Shown piece after piece: positions 17,906-29,960 of a stretch of 64,000 nt of DNA (position 1 is the first letter of the stretch; each line of letters starts with the position of its first letter). Position numbers and translations under genes: made by a program. The notes beneath the pieces are model-generated. The model ran no database searches and was not told where the DNA came from. It was given only the letters and a program-made list of their open reading frames with translations. The stretch is from the NCBI RefSeq assembly GCF_009914755.1, contig NC_060939.1, one strand, 5' to 3'. The stretch is from the human T2T-CHM13v2.0 reference genome, Homo sapiens.

Positions 17906-17938
<33 letters not shown>

Positions 17939-18040
17939 GTAAAACATTTTAGGTTTTTCTTCCAGGCTATTTTTACTGTGTATATATATGTGTGTATATA
18001 TATACATACACACACATAAATATATACACACATATATATA
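17824..18040. repeat. AT-rich (TA)n/(TG)n microsatellites, partly derived from the L1 tail
   Basis: Directly visible; includes perfect palindromes. Confidence 0.9.
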
Positions 18041-18152
18041 GAAACTTTGTATTTGATTTTTTCTCTTAACATTATAACAAAAGCATTTTTTGCAAGAATA
18101 TATAAGATCATCCTTTCAACATAAAAACTAGCCTTATAATGGACCATTTAAC

Positions 18153-18275
18153 ACCAGGCATGGTAGCACGTGCCTGTAATCCCAACTACTCAGGAGACTG
18201 ATAGAGAAGCACCACTTGAGCCTAGGGGTTCAAGTCCAGCCTGGGCAACATAGTGAGACATCGCCTCTTTTTTTA
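18153..18275 (+). mobile_element. FLAM/FAM Alu monomer
   Basis: CCAGGCATGGTAGCACGTGCCTGTAATCCC...CAGCCTGGGCAACATAGTGAGAC, single arm. Confidence 0.85.
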
Positions 18276-18299
18276 AAAAGTTGGGGGCATTTCATACAG

Positions 18300-18810
18300 A
18301 ACAATTTATCAAATCGTAAGAGAAGCATTAAAAAAACACAATGGGAAAGGGGAGGTTTATCAATAAGTGGTACTGGAAAATTAGCAACTTCAAAACAAAA
18401 ACCAGACATTCATTTAAAGGTCTTTGTCTTACCCCTTGCACTAAAACAAATTCCAGATAAGTTAAAATATTTTTTTTTAAAAAAATCAAACACAAAAACT
18501 AAAGAAAATATAATTATTTACTAAACTTCTGGAAAGGACTGTTTTAAGTTAAGACTTGATAGAACTAATCAAATATAAACCACAGAAGACTGACATCTTC
18601 TCTCCTCTGAGAACTGACTCAAATCAATCAGGAAATCACTAAAACCCCTAATGATAAAATGACAAAGGACACAAACAGATCAAAAGAGAAATACAACTAG
18701 TCAACAAACAGAAAACTGTGTGACTCCAGTAATAAAGAAGTAAAAACTAAAAATAATGTTATTCTTTTTTAAAAAAACCCATTTAATTAGCAAGTTTTAA
18801 ACATTGTACT
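18300..18810 (+). mobile_element. Old L1ME/L1M ORF2 fragment
   Basis: AATGGGAAAGG...TCAATAAGTGGTACTGGAAAA and AAATGACAAAGGACACAAACAG resemble L1 ORF2 3' part. Confidence 0.6.
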
Positions 18811-18879
18811 CAGTAAAGCAGTCAGGAATGGCTGTAATAACAAATAAGCACAAAGAGTCGATGGCTGGAAAGAAGGAGT

Positions 18880-19080
18880 GATAAGTTTTTCTGTTAAGGG
18901 ACAAATAGTAAATATTTTAGGCTTTGTGGGTTTTCTGTTACAACTACTTAACTCTACCACTGTGGCAAAGGCAACGATAGATTATTTGTAAATGAATAGG
19001 CGTGACTGTGTTCTAATAAAACTTAAAAAGACAAGAGGTGGGCCAGCCTGGCCTGCAGGTCATAGCATACCAACCCCTGG
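18880..19080 (+). mobile_element. MER58A hAT MITE
   Basis: AAGGGACAAATAGTAAATATTTTAGGCTTTGTGGG...CAACCCCTG. Confidence 0.8.
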
Positions 19081-19459
19081 CTTAAAATAAGTTTTATTTC
19101 TCCTTCATGCTTCATGTCCATTGCAGGTCAGCAGGAATGTTCTGTTCATTATCGACACTCAGGGATTCAGGCTGCTGGAGGCTCCAAATTGACTTTGGCT
19201 TCTACAATGACCTCATCAAAGGAATTCTAGAAACTCTCACCCAAGCAATTAAATGTTTCAACCACTCTCTTCTATTCACGTATTATTAATCAGTCACATG
19301 GTCTTGCCAAAATGCAAGGGGCCAGAAAGTTCAGTTTCCCCTCTACCCAGAGCTGGATATCAGTGAAAAGCATGAATGTGATAACCACACATAGTGCTAG
19401 TGAGGATGAGGAGAAACACATTCTTATGCTTGGCTGACTTTTGACATTCATGCAAGGAC

Positions 19460-19550
19460 GGTAGGTTGCCAAATATAAAAATACAGGATGCCAGTAAAAT
19501 ATGAATTTCAAATAAACCACAAATAACTTTTTAGTATAAGTGTGTCCCAT
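19460..19550. mobile_element. MER53 half element
   Basis: AGGTTGCCAAATATAAAAATACAGGATGCCAGT...TTTTAGTATAAGTGTGTCCCA. Confidence 0.7.
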
Positions 19551-20199
19551 TCACACCTTCCTGCCAGCCTGCATGGCGTGCACTTGTCAGACCTGTGGTG
19601 ACCGTGAGGGGACCAGCCATCATGGTAAGGATTTCAGAGTCCAGGTCTTTAAAGCTGTTTATACTGAGTGCTGACTATATACTCGACACATGCATGTATA
19701 TGAGATAAGTTATTTTCATATTATAGGAAACAGGCTAAAAGAGTTTTAAGTACAAATGTATAATATCACAAATGTGGTTAATGGTGGAGCAAGGACAAGA
19801 CTGTTCATCTCCATGCTGTATTGGTCCTATCATGCCATAAAAGAGGTCTGGGAGGTGCAGAGTTCTCCTCCCTCAGTTTCCCATCAGTAGAATGATGGAG
19901 TTGGACCCAGAGGTCTCTAAGGATCCCTGGTTCTGAGAGCCTTTGAGTCAGGGATGCTTTGAAATCAACCATTCCAACAAATGTGTATTGTGGGCCCAGG
20001 GACATGCATTTTGAGAACAATTCCAGTTTAATGAATATCAGTGCCAGTTTTGATTGTTTCAAATAAAATTATGAACTGTGACAAATTCAGTGATTCACTC
20101 ACTTCAAAGAAAGTGCCTGATGGGTGGAGGAGGTTAGGAACTTCAACCTTAGAGGCCTGAAGAAAGAGCCTGTGTTTGTCGTAACTGCGCTGGTCTAAC

Positions 20200-20400
20200 C
20201 TGGGTGCCAGAACACTCGGGACAGAAATGAGTTCAACCTTTTACTAACCATGAGCACTTTAGGCAAGTTACTTCTCCCTTCTGTGCCTCAATTTTCTTAT
20301 CAGCAAAATGGACAGCAATAATAGACAAAGTTTTTGTAAGCAATAAAATGCACTTGAAACATTGCCTGGCACATAAATAATAAACAAACAAAAACACATA
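20200..20400 (+). mobile_element. MIR
   Basis: TTAGGCAAGTTACTT...CTGTGCCTCAATTTTCTTATC..AAAATGG...GCCTGGCACATA. Confidence 0.75.
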
Positions 20401-20579
20401 AATGCTATGTTTTATTATTATTACCCTTCCCCAGAGTCCAGTCCCTTTGGTTATTCCTTTCAGGCTTTGACTCCAGAATGACCCAACAAATGTAAATATC
20501 ATACTTGCCTTGCAAAGATTTTGTTATCTACCATACTTAGCTTGATCCTGTAAATAAAGATTCCCATCCTTCCAAAAAT

Positions 20580-20820
20580 TATTTTCATTCATTTATTCAT
20601 TCACTCATTTACTACATATTTACCGAAAGCTTCCCTTGAGGCAGGCAAAGATTCACAGATTCACAGAGTGGAGGTTACAGCAGTGAAAACAAGGGGCAAA
20701 CCTCCTGCCCTCAGAGAGTGAGCAGGCCAGTGCAGAAGACAGATAATAAACAGATCAACAGACAGACACATGCCAGGTGGATGAGTACAGATGAGTATAC
20801 TGTTTTAGACAATGTGGTCA
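20580..20820 (-). mobile_element. L2 3' fragment
   Basis: (ATTC)n-like tail followed by CCTGCCCTCAGAGAG...GAAGACAGATAATAAACA. Confidence 0.6.
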
Positions 20821-22599
20821 GAGTTGACAGAAAGAGTTCATTTTGTTCTGCAAAGTAGAGCGAAGAACCAGCCTTTGGTTGCTACTTTGAAGAAGACAGC
20901 AGTGTGTACCTCACTTGGGGGACATTCCACATTATGGAAAGTCTTTCTAGGAAGACTGGGGGCCTTTCAGCCTTTCCAGTGGGGATACCTGGCCCAGGGA
21001 GGTTACAACTCTCCTAAGTATCAGAGTTTGGATTCTAATGAAAGTCCAGCTGCTGCTAAAGCTGCAGAGGTTTCCATGGGATCTGTCACCTCTTGTGCTT
21101 CCTGGGTTCACTGATATGTGACTCAGTGGCCACATCATAGGAGAGAGTGGGAGACTCTTGGCTTAAGAAGTGATCTCAGGGCACTGAGGCCAGCTCCCAA
21201 TGCAACCTGGGTATCATCTCCATAGAGTCCTGGGAATATCTGAGCAACCCCCTCTTGATTCTCCCAAGGACTTCTGCAAGGAGTCCCCGTGAACCTAAAC
21301 CACAGTGAGGGAGTCACCTTTCTACTTCTCTTCTTCACAGTTTTTCACCTTCCCCACATACACACTCAGAGCACTCAGAAAGAAGATATCTGTTCTCTGA
21401 GAATCTCAGGTTAGAGGATGATTTCCGATGATCCACTGGGAGCGCTTCATCTCCCCCAGAGAAATTACCAGTCATCACCTGTGGTCTCAGCCTGTTGACC
21501 CCCATCCACCAATGCTGGAAGATGCTGCCTGCTCCTGGAGAAGAAACCTAGGGAAGGTCCTCTGTGGGGGATCCTTCTCCACAAAGCCCAAAAAGGTCCA
21601 TCTTAACTGCCCCCATGGCCTTTCTCTGAACCACACAGACCCATGTCCCTCAAAAAGACAAACCGTATAGGAAAACATCTTAGCATATCTCATCTTATTC
21701 TAAGCAGAGCATCTTCGTCTTGAACTGGCAAACCAAATAGATTTGTGAGGGAAGTCAGGCACAGCTGGGCACACCTAAAATGCCCAAGGGCTTACAGGTA
21801 TGGGTTTAGTGATGGCTTCAGAACAAAATATAAACAGTTGCACACTCAAATAAAAATGCATTTCATTCATAACCAAATTGAAAGGCTTCAGGCTCTGTGA
21901 GTAATCTTGGGCTGGTCTTTTTATATTCTCAGTCTCCTAATTTAACCATCTGGAATTCTTTCTAAAGTACCATCCTATTCAGCATTTAGAAATGAAAGAC
22001 TTGATTTTAAATGGAAAATCTACATTTCATTGTAAAGAGAGAACTTGACATCTGTGGCCCATTCTGCACAAATCACAAATATGTATGCTTAGCAGATGAT
22101 GAAGGTAACTCCAGAAATGTATTTCACACATGGCAGGAGATACGCAAATGGATGAATGCACTGAAGAACCTGTCAGTGCACCCCTGTCCAGCGTCCTAGT
22201 GTCCTACAGTATCTTTTCTGAGCTTCTGGAATGTTAGCGTAACACATGTTGACATCATATCCAGATGGAGAGTAACCTGTAGACTGCAGCGTGATCCTCG
22301 GCTAAACAACACACCACGGTCCTGCCACACAGTTCAAAATCAGTCTCAGTTGCTTGATCTCTAAAATGGAACTGAAAACCAAACCTCACAGTATTTTTAT
22401 GAGGCTCAAAAGTTAAAATAAAAAAAATATGTGTATGTTCTTGGGAAAAGTTAAGCACTATTTAAAAGTTACTTTCCAAATAAGAATAATTCAGGATGGG
22501 GGCGGGGAGTAGGGTCTAAGAGTTGCAGATCCCAAAGAACCCTGGGAGTGGGATGGGGGGCTTGAGGTCCTCACCATTGTCATGGCTATCATTGGGCAA

Positions 22600-23320
22600 G
22601 AGAAAACCCTAAAGAGCCCAGTGTGCCCTCATAAACAGCATGGGCTTTATCCGGTCAGGGTGAGGAGCTTCCAGAGGTTTTCTCACAGGGAAATGACATG
22701 GGCAGATCTGAGTTTTTTTTCTGCTGCTTCATCTCCAGTTTAGGCTACTCTGACATTCCCACTTCCTGCATATTACAACAGCCTCCTAATGTGTTATCCT
22801 TTTCTCAATGGTTGTGCAAGAAGAAATTAGGAGGAGGATAACAAATTAGGAGGCTGTTGTAATATGCAGGAAGTGGAAATGTCAGAGAAGCCTAAACTGG
22901 AGCAGAAGCAGAAGAAAGAAAAGGAGGAGAGATGCTCATAAGTATTTAGAAAGAGTTGGCAGAGGTGGGGTGGGATGCAGGAAAGAAAGAAATCTGGAAT
23001 GACTCCTAGGTGCCTGCTTGGGAAAACTAAGTGGAAGGTATTGATTGAAGTCATAAATCCAAGCAGAAGAGCAGGATTTTCCCAATTTCTTCTGGCACCA
23101 CCCCTTGCAAGGTTTTTGCACCACTATTGGTGATCACTAATATGTTGAGCCTTGGAAATGTTGTGTCTGAAGATGTCCAGTTGGGGATAGATCTCCAGCA
23201 GGCAATTGGATATCCTGGTCCTGAATTCAAGATGGATGTCAAGGCAAAGGAATTCAGTTTGGAAATTGTTGGCACTCTATTGCTAATAGTTGAAGTGATA
23301 AATCCAGGTGAGATCACCTA
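22600..23320 (-). mobile_element. L2 fragment containing a secondary inverted duplication
   Basis: Antisense L2 motifs TTAGGAGGCTGTTGTAATA, GAATGACTCCTAGG, CAGCAGGCAATTGGATAT, GGTGAGATCACCTA. Confidence 0.7.
22713..22922. repeat. Inverted repeat with ~88-bp arms and 34-nt spacer
   Basis: 22733-22800 is the reverse complement of 22835-22902 with 3 mismatches; looser pairing extends outward. Confidence 0.95.
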
Positions 23321-23399
23321 TATGGAAGACATACTGCTTTACTTGATGTGGAAGTATCAAACGCGATTGCTGGGGATGTCAGTCATAAAGCTGCCACAA

Positions 23400-23900
23400 C
23401 CCCAGGCGAAACATGGCCAATCATAGCAACCAAGGCCCTTGCATTACACCATGGATGGGCACTTAAGCCAAGAAAGACCAATGCAGAATCTTCTCTGAGG
23501 TAGATACATGGAACTGAGGAAGCCTAACTGCAGACTCAAGCCCTCACACCGAGGAAGACAGAACAAGAGATGGAAAGAAAGACAAAATCCAGACAACAAC
23601 CCTTGCATCCTAATTTAGCTAAGCCTGAAGCTGGATTCTCCCCTGGACTTGCCAATTGTGAGCCAACGAATTACCTTTTATTATTATTGTTGTTGTGTTA
23701 ATTTGAGTTTCTTGCAAACCAAATAGTCTTCAGCAACACACAAATTGGTACCAGAAGTGAGGTGCTGCCAAAAATAAAAAATAAAAAAAATAAACAGCCT
23801 AAAGAACAGAATTGGCTGAGTCAAGGCAAAAGTGGAAAGTTATGGAAATCCCTCTGCTTTCTGAGAAGCTGGTGTTGCATATTGTATAGCAATAAAGTAA
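23400..23900 (+). mobile_element. Old MLT1 LTR (J/K/L-like) plus start of MLT1 internal sequence
   Basis: CCTGAAGCTGG...CCCTGGACTT..GTGAGCCAA, then ATTGGTACCAGAAGTGAGGTGCTGC typical of MaLR internal start. Confidence 0.55.
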
Positions 23901-24109
23901 GTAGCTGAATCCTCATCTATCTCAGGACTCAGATCATCTGTCCATTAAGCCTGGAATCTTAGGGAACTTAGTTGGAAAATATGCGTCTAGGGGAGAGGGG
24001 TAATAGAACTTGGCTGGTGCAGCTACGTGAAACAGGTCCAGAACTGAGAGATGGGTTACATAAAAGAGATTGAGTATATAAGGAAACATATTGCAGGTAA
24101 TTGGAGCCA

Positions 24110-24845
24110 GATTTCTCACTGTCACCAAAGAGAGGTAGCATATGAAGAGCGGAAAAGTGTGAACAAATCCTGGGGTGGTGGACTGGAACTGGAAATATCA
24201 ATGTGGATCTATGGTTTTTAATAAACAAAGGGAGATACATACAGAAATAGATAGAGAGACATGTGAATGTGTGTATGTACTTAAATGTATTTAGATACAC
24301 ATATTTCCTGACTCTTTCCACTAAGAGGGCTGAGAAGCTATGACCTCCCAGAAACACACAAGATCTTTTGAATTTTGGCTCTTAGATCTTATTCTTCATT
24401 AAAAGGAGCAGGACTCCATGAAGAAATGCCTGAGTGTAGGGAAAATGCAAGATGAACCTGGAATACCTTGATATGCCAAAAAGAAAGAGAACACTCAAAC
24501 ATGAATAGAAACATGGACACAGGACACAGGAGCCAGCTTGGAAGGTCTCCCACTAGCCAAATGTGGAAAGCTTTGGGCATCAGAATAAATAATGATAATC
24601 ATGGATTGTAATCCATTTAATAAAATAAGAATCCATGAATCTGTATGGATTTAACTAAATAAATGGATAAATACACAAAGGAGTTCTACCTCATAGTAGA
24701 ATACCAACTAATAAATGTAGAAGAAAGAATGGAATTAGAAAAATCACCATATGGCCAACACTACAGTCATAATTGACTAAGGCACGAATTATTAGTAGAT
24801 GCAAAAATTAGTAAGTGAAAGTTTGATGAGAAAGAGAATGCTTCA
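24110..24845 (+). mobile_element. L1MC (about L1MC3/4) 3'UTR fragment
   Basis: GGAAAATGCAAGATGAACCTGGAATA...GGAGCCAGCTTGG...CCAACTAATAAATGTAGAAG motifs. Confidence 0.7.
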
Positions 24846-24950
24846 TAGAAAACTACAAAGCAGGAAACATGGTTGAGAATAAGACTAAGACCCAGGTGGA
24901 GCTCCTCTCAAACTGCTCCTGCTGGCAGATACAGGAGCCAGCAGGAGAAC

Positions 24951-25422
24951 CTGATGCAGGGTAGGCACACCTCAAAACCCGGACTTAGCCTGGGAGGGTT
25001 CTTGGCTTCACCTGGGAAGGAATTCAAGGGCAAGCCAGTGGTGTTAAACAGCAACTCTGATTGAAGCAGCAGTGTACAGCAGCAGCAGAGGTGCTGCCCC
25101 TTGCAGAGCAAGGCTACCCCATAGGCAGTGTGCTCAGGGTAGCAGGTCAGAGCCAGTTCTGCGGTCATGTTTATACCCATTTTTAATCATATGAAAATTA
25201 AGGGGCAAACTGCAGAAATTTCTAGAAAAACGGTGGTAACTTCTAGGTTATCAGTCATTGACATGGAAAAGGGTGGTAACTTCTGGGTATTGCCATGGCA
25301 ATGGTAACCTGACATGGCACATTTGTGGGCATGTCTTATGGAAAGATACGTCCACCCTGTCCTTGTTTTAGCTTGTCCTCAATTTGGTCCAGTGTCTGAG
25401 TGCTGCCTCTGGAGTCAAACCT
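24951..25422 (-). mobile_element. ERV1 solo LTR, MER66-like
   Basis: Minus strand GACTCCAGAGGC...GACACTGGACCAAATTGAGGAC..GCTAAAACAAGG; plus strand GGGTTCTTGGCTTCAC..GGAAGGAATTCAAGGGCAAGCCAGTGGTG. Confidence 0.7.
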
Positions 25423-26464
25423 ATCCACGGTGATGCTACCTGGGCAAGGGCCTTACCTCCCAGTTCTGTTGTTTCATGTTGCCACAAAGCCATGTCTGAA
25501 GAAAACTACAAAGCAAAACATCTAGGCCTGTAGCTAACACAGATATATTAAAAAGCTGAAGCCTAGATTCAAAGAGCACTTAAAATTTTTCTGTGCAACA
25601 AGAAAGCTAGAAGTAGGTGGTTACTGACATCGATCCAGTAGATTTAGGGCTAACATCTCTGAGATTTTCTTGGCTTTTCCCTCATATTCCTCCCCCAAAC
25701 TGCTGCAACTCCAGCCACCATATCTGCATTCCAAGCAAAAAGGAAAAGGCATATCAGCTGAATCTGTTCCTCAATGGACAAGAGAAATTTTCTTAAAGAG
25801 CAAAATGAAGGGTAGCCAAATTGACTGATGATGAGTCACCCCACTGCCAGAGAAGGGAATTGTTCCTTTTCCACTACAGCAGAACATGTGACCACAGCAT
25901 GTTATTTCTCCTCTCTTTTTCTATAAGGGGAGACTTTATTGTGGTTATACAGTATAGGAGTTATCTGTTTCCTTCAAGTAGCAATGCAAAGCAGAGACTT
26001 AAGCAATGAAGACATTTAATTACCTCACATTGAGGGATGTCTGGAGGAAATGAGTTCCAGTTTTCGAAAGTAGTTCAAGGATATGATCAAGAGCAAAGCC
26101 CTTCCTACCTGTCTGCTCTGGCATTCTCAGTAGATTCGCTTTTTGTCTTTAGTTGTATAGGATTGATATGTAGTCTTAGGAGAGATATTCTCTCTCTGCT
26201 GGGGTTTCCATGCTGGCAAGATGTGAATCTGAGGCCTTTGGAGAAAACTTTCTTACCACATGGAAGACAGTTTCTGCAGGGCCAGGTCAGCAGTCAGGAA
26301 AAAGTCAAGACTCAAAAAGAGGAACTGTACCATGACAGCACCATCTGAGCTCCTACGTCCAAGCGGCCCAGAGTCCACCTCCACATGTCCCAGTTACTGT
26401 GCCCACAGCTCTCCCTTTTTATTCTTTCTTCTCCCATTTCTCTTTTTATGGGTGTGTGGGGGAG

Positions 26465-27022
26465 TTTAGAAATAGAGTGGTCCAGCAACGCCACTTTTGG
26501 ATATATATCCAAAAGAATTGAAAGCAGGGTCTTGAAGAGACATTTGCACACCCATGTTCATAGCAGTACTATTCAAAATAGGCAAAAGAAAGAAGTAACC
26601 CAAGTGTCCATTGACAGATAAATGAATAAACAAAATGAGGTGTATACATATGATGGAATATTTTTCAGCCTTAAAAAGGAAGAACATTCTGATATGCGCT
26701 ACAACATGGATGAATTTGAAGACATTATGCTAAGTGAAAGAAGCCATTTACAAAAGGACAAATATTGTAGGATTCCACCTACATGAGGTACCCAGAGTGG
26801 TCAAGTTTACAGAGGCAGAAAGAAGAATGGTGGTTGCCAGGGCTGGGATGAGGGGGAATGGGGAGCTGTTTAATGGGTACAGAGGTTCTGTTTTACAAGA
26901 TGAAAACATACTGGAGAGGAGTTGCACAACAATGTGAAGGCACTCAACACCACTGAACTGCACACTTAAACCTGATTACGATGGTACATTTTATGTTACA
27001 TGTATTTTGCCACAATTAAAAA
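26465..27022 (+). mobile_element. L1MB 3' fragment
   Basis: CCAAAAGAATTGAAAGCAGGGTCTTGAAGAGA...CACTGAACTGCACACTTAAA...CCACAATTAAAAA. Confidence 0.88.
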
Positions 27023-27099
27023 TTTTGAGACAAGAATTGAGTGGAGTTTTCGTCACATTCAACTAAAAGTGTCCTGACTTGAAGAAGAAGAGAAGGCGA

Positions 27100-27520
27100 A
27101 AAAGAATGAAGCATATTGTGGAGAAAGAAGAAAAAAAGATAATGAACTGAGCACCAGAGAACCCCAACTTTTAAGGAAAATCTGGGCAAAAAGTAACCAT
27201 GTAGATGGCTGGGATGAAGCTTCCTAGAAGTGAAGGTGGATGGTGATGCCCCTTCATTTATGAGACCAGGAAAGGGTCGCAAGGAAGCGAGGGCTGAAGA
27301 GTTTCGGGTTGGAGGGATTAGTCAACAAATTCAAGTGACTTTCAAGAGGCCAAATAATATAAATAGTGAAAAGTGTCTATTGGATTGGACAGTTAGAAAG
27401 TTTTTCCAGGGGGTGGATTCAATAGAACCAATAGAGAATACTTTGATGTAGTGGGTTCAAGAGCAGATGAAAAGGGAAGAGACAGAAAGCATGCATAGCT
27501 TTTCTATCACTTAAAATTAA
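27100..27520 (-). mobile_element. L2 fragment
   Basis: Degenerate antisense L2 motifs (AAAAGTGTCTATTGGATTGG). Confidence 0.45.
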
Positions 27521-27904
27521 TTACACGAGTATAGTTTCCAGGTGATTAATAGTGAGGCCAAAGTTAAGAAGTAGCTCCCATTATCCACCTTGGTGGGAAA
27601 GAGCAGAAAGGCTTGTCCTTGGCACAGTCCAGGCGCCCCGTCTAGTAGACTTCCTGCCAACAGCCTGCTTTGGAGACTCAGGCTGGCCTGCTCCCTGCCT
27701 CGGTCTCTTTTCTCTCTCAGATTCTTTGCAAAATGAGGGGTAGCCATGTTTAATATTTTACTACATGTGTCTTATCACTCTCTCTCTCTCAATCTCTCTC
27801 CTCCATATATGTGTGTATGTAAGTATATTTGTGTGTGCACATGTATGTGTATATATGTAGATAGCTTTCTCTGAACTACTTGTATTTCATGGCCATAACA
27901 ATGT

Positions 27905-29247
27905 TTTAATTTGAAGTTTTATTTTAGACTCAGGGGATTCGTGTGCAGTTTTGTGACATGGGTATATTGTGTGATGCTGAGGTTTGGGGTAAGGATGATC
28001 CCGTCACTCAGGCAGTGAGTGCAATACCTAATAGTTTTTCAGCCCTTGCACACCTCCCTCCCTCCCTTTGGAGTCCCCAGTGTCTATCATTCCTGTCTTT
28101 GTGTCCATGTGTACCCCAACGTTTAGCTCCCACTTACAAGTGAGAACATGCGGTATTTGGTTTTCTGTTCTTGTGTTAATTCACTTAGGATAATGGCCTC
28201 CAACTCCATCCATGTTGCTGCAAAGGACATGATTTCATTCTTCTTTATGACTGCACAGTATTCCATGGTGTATATTTACCACATTTTCTTTATCCAGTCC
28301 ACCATGGATGGGTACCTAGGTTGATTCTATTGCCAACAGTGCTGTGATGAACATACACAGTGAGTGCGAGTGCATTTTCATAGAAAAAATTATTTTCCTT
28401 TGTATATGTACTCAGTAATAACATTACTCGGTCAAAAGGTAGTCCTGTTTTAAGTTCGAGAAATCTCCAAACTACTTTCCACAATGGCTGAACTAATTTA
28501 CATTCCCACCAGAAGTATATACATATTCCCTTTTCCCTGCAGCCTCGCCAGCGTTTGTTATTTTTTGACTTTTTAGTAATAGCCATTCTAACCGGTGTGA
28601 GATGGTATCTCATGTGGTTTCAGTTGGCATTTTTCTGATGACTAGTGATGCTGAGCATTTTTTCATATATTTGTTGGCTGTGTATATGTCTTCTTTTGAG
28701 AAGTGTCTGTTGATGTCCTTTGCCCACTTTTCAATAGCATCATTTATTTTTTTGTTTGTTAAATTGTTTAAGTTCCTTATAGATCCTGGATGTTAGATCT
28801 TTTTTGGATGCATAGCTTGTGACCATTTTCTCCCATTCCATAGAGTGCCTGTTTACTCTGTTGATATTTTCTTTTGCTGTGCAGAAGCTCTTTAATTTAA
28901 TTAGGTCCCACTTGTCGATTTCTGATTTTGTTGCGATTGCCTTTGAGATCTCAGCCATAAATTCTTTGCCAAGGCCAATGTCCAGAATAGTATTTCCTAG
29001 ATTTTCTTCTAGGATTCTTATAGTTTTAAGTCTTACATTTAAATCTTTGATCCATCTTGAGTTAATTTTTGTTTATGGTGAAAGGCAGTGGTTGTTTCAT
29101 TCTTCTGCATATGACTAGCCAGTTATCCGAGCACCATTTATTAAACAGGGAATCCTTTCCTCATTGCTTATTTTTGTTGACTTTGTCAAAGATCAGATGG
29201 TTGTAGGTGTGCAGTTTTATTCCCAGGCTCTCTGTTCTGTTCCATTG
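27905..29247 (-). mobile_element. L1PA15/16-like 3' fragment
   Basis: Minus-strand ORF fragments [17 protein letters not shown] and [12 protein letters not shown]; imperfect TSD CATG(G/A)CCATAA(C/T)A at 27888 and 29248. Confidence 0.9.
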
Positions 29248-29799
29248 CATGACCATAATATTTTAGAGGAGTTTAACCCAGTTCCATTGTAGGATATCAC
29301 ATTTTGGTTTGCTTCAGGTTTCCATATGGTTACATTTGTGTTATGTGCTTTTTTTTTTTTTTTTTGCAAAAATAACAGATATAATCCTGTTTTGTCTCAG
29401 TGCTTCATATCAGGAGGCACACAATGTCAATTTGTCACATAGCTTGCAATATTTAATATTTACAACAATCCGATAAAGTTTGCACCAATATGTAAACTCT
29501 CCCCCAGAGAGCCTAGCTAAATTGATCAAGGTCAAATAGCCAGTAAAAAGCTGACCCAGACATCAAACTGAAAGCCATCTGGCTTCAATATCTATGTTCT
29601 TTCCACACCACATCAGCTCCCCCAATAGCATCCCATGCAGGCATAGCACACTGTGGCTCTCCATCTGAATGTCACCTGCTCCTTGCACCTGTTACTAATT
29701 TTCACTACCTATACAAATATTCCCATCACACTTTTACTCTCTGACAACAATTTTTTGCCTTGATATCCTCATACCTGCTGCCACCCTCTGAATATCGTA

Positions 29800-29960
29800 T
29801 TTCCTAGCTACTCAAAGTGTGGTCCACAGACCAGCATCAGACATCACCTAAGAACTTAGAAATGCATAATTTTGTGGCCCATTCTCAACCTACTGGATCA
29901 AAATCCATATTTTAACAAGCTCCCCATGTGTATTCACAATGAGGTTGAGAAGGGCTGCTG
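29800..29960. mobile_element. MER5A
   Basis: CTACTCAAAGTGTGGTCCACAGACCAGCATCAG...TTTTAACAAGCTCCCCA. Confidence 0.75.

Noticed and set aside
25289-25302. Perfect palindrome ATTGCCATGGCAAT (RFX X-box-like)
   Set aside because: Lies within the MER66-like LTR and is probably a family feature rather than locus-specific.
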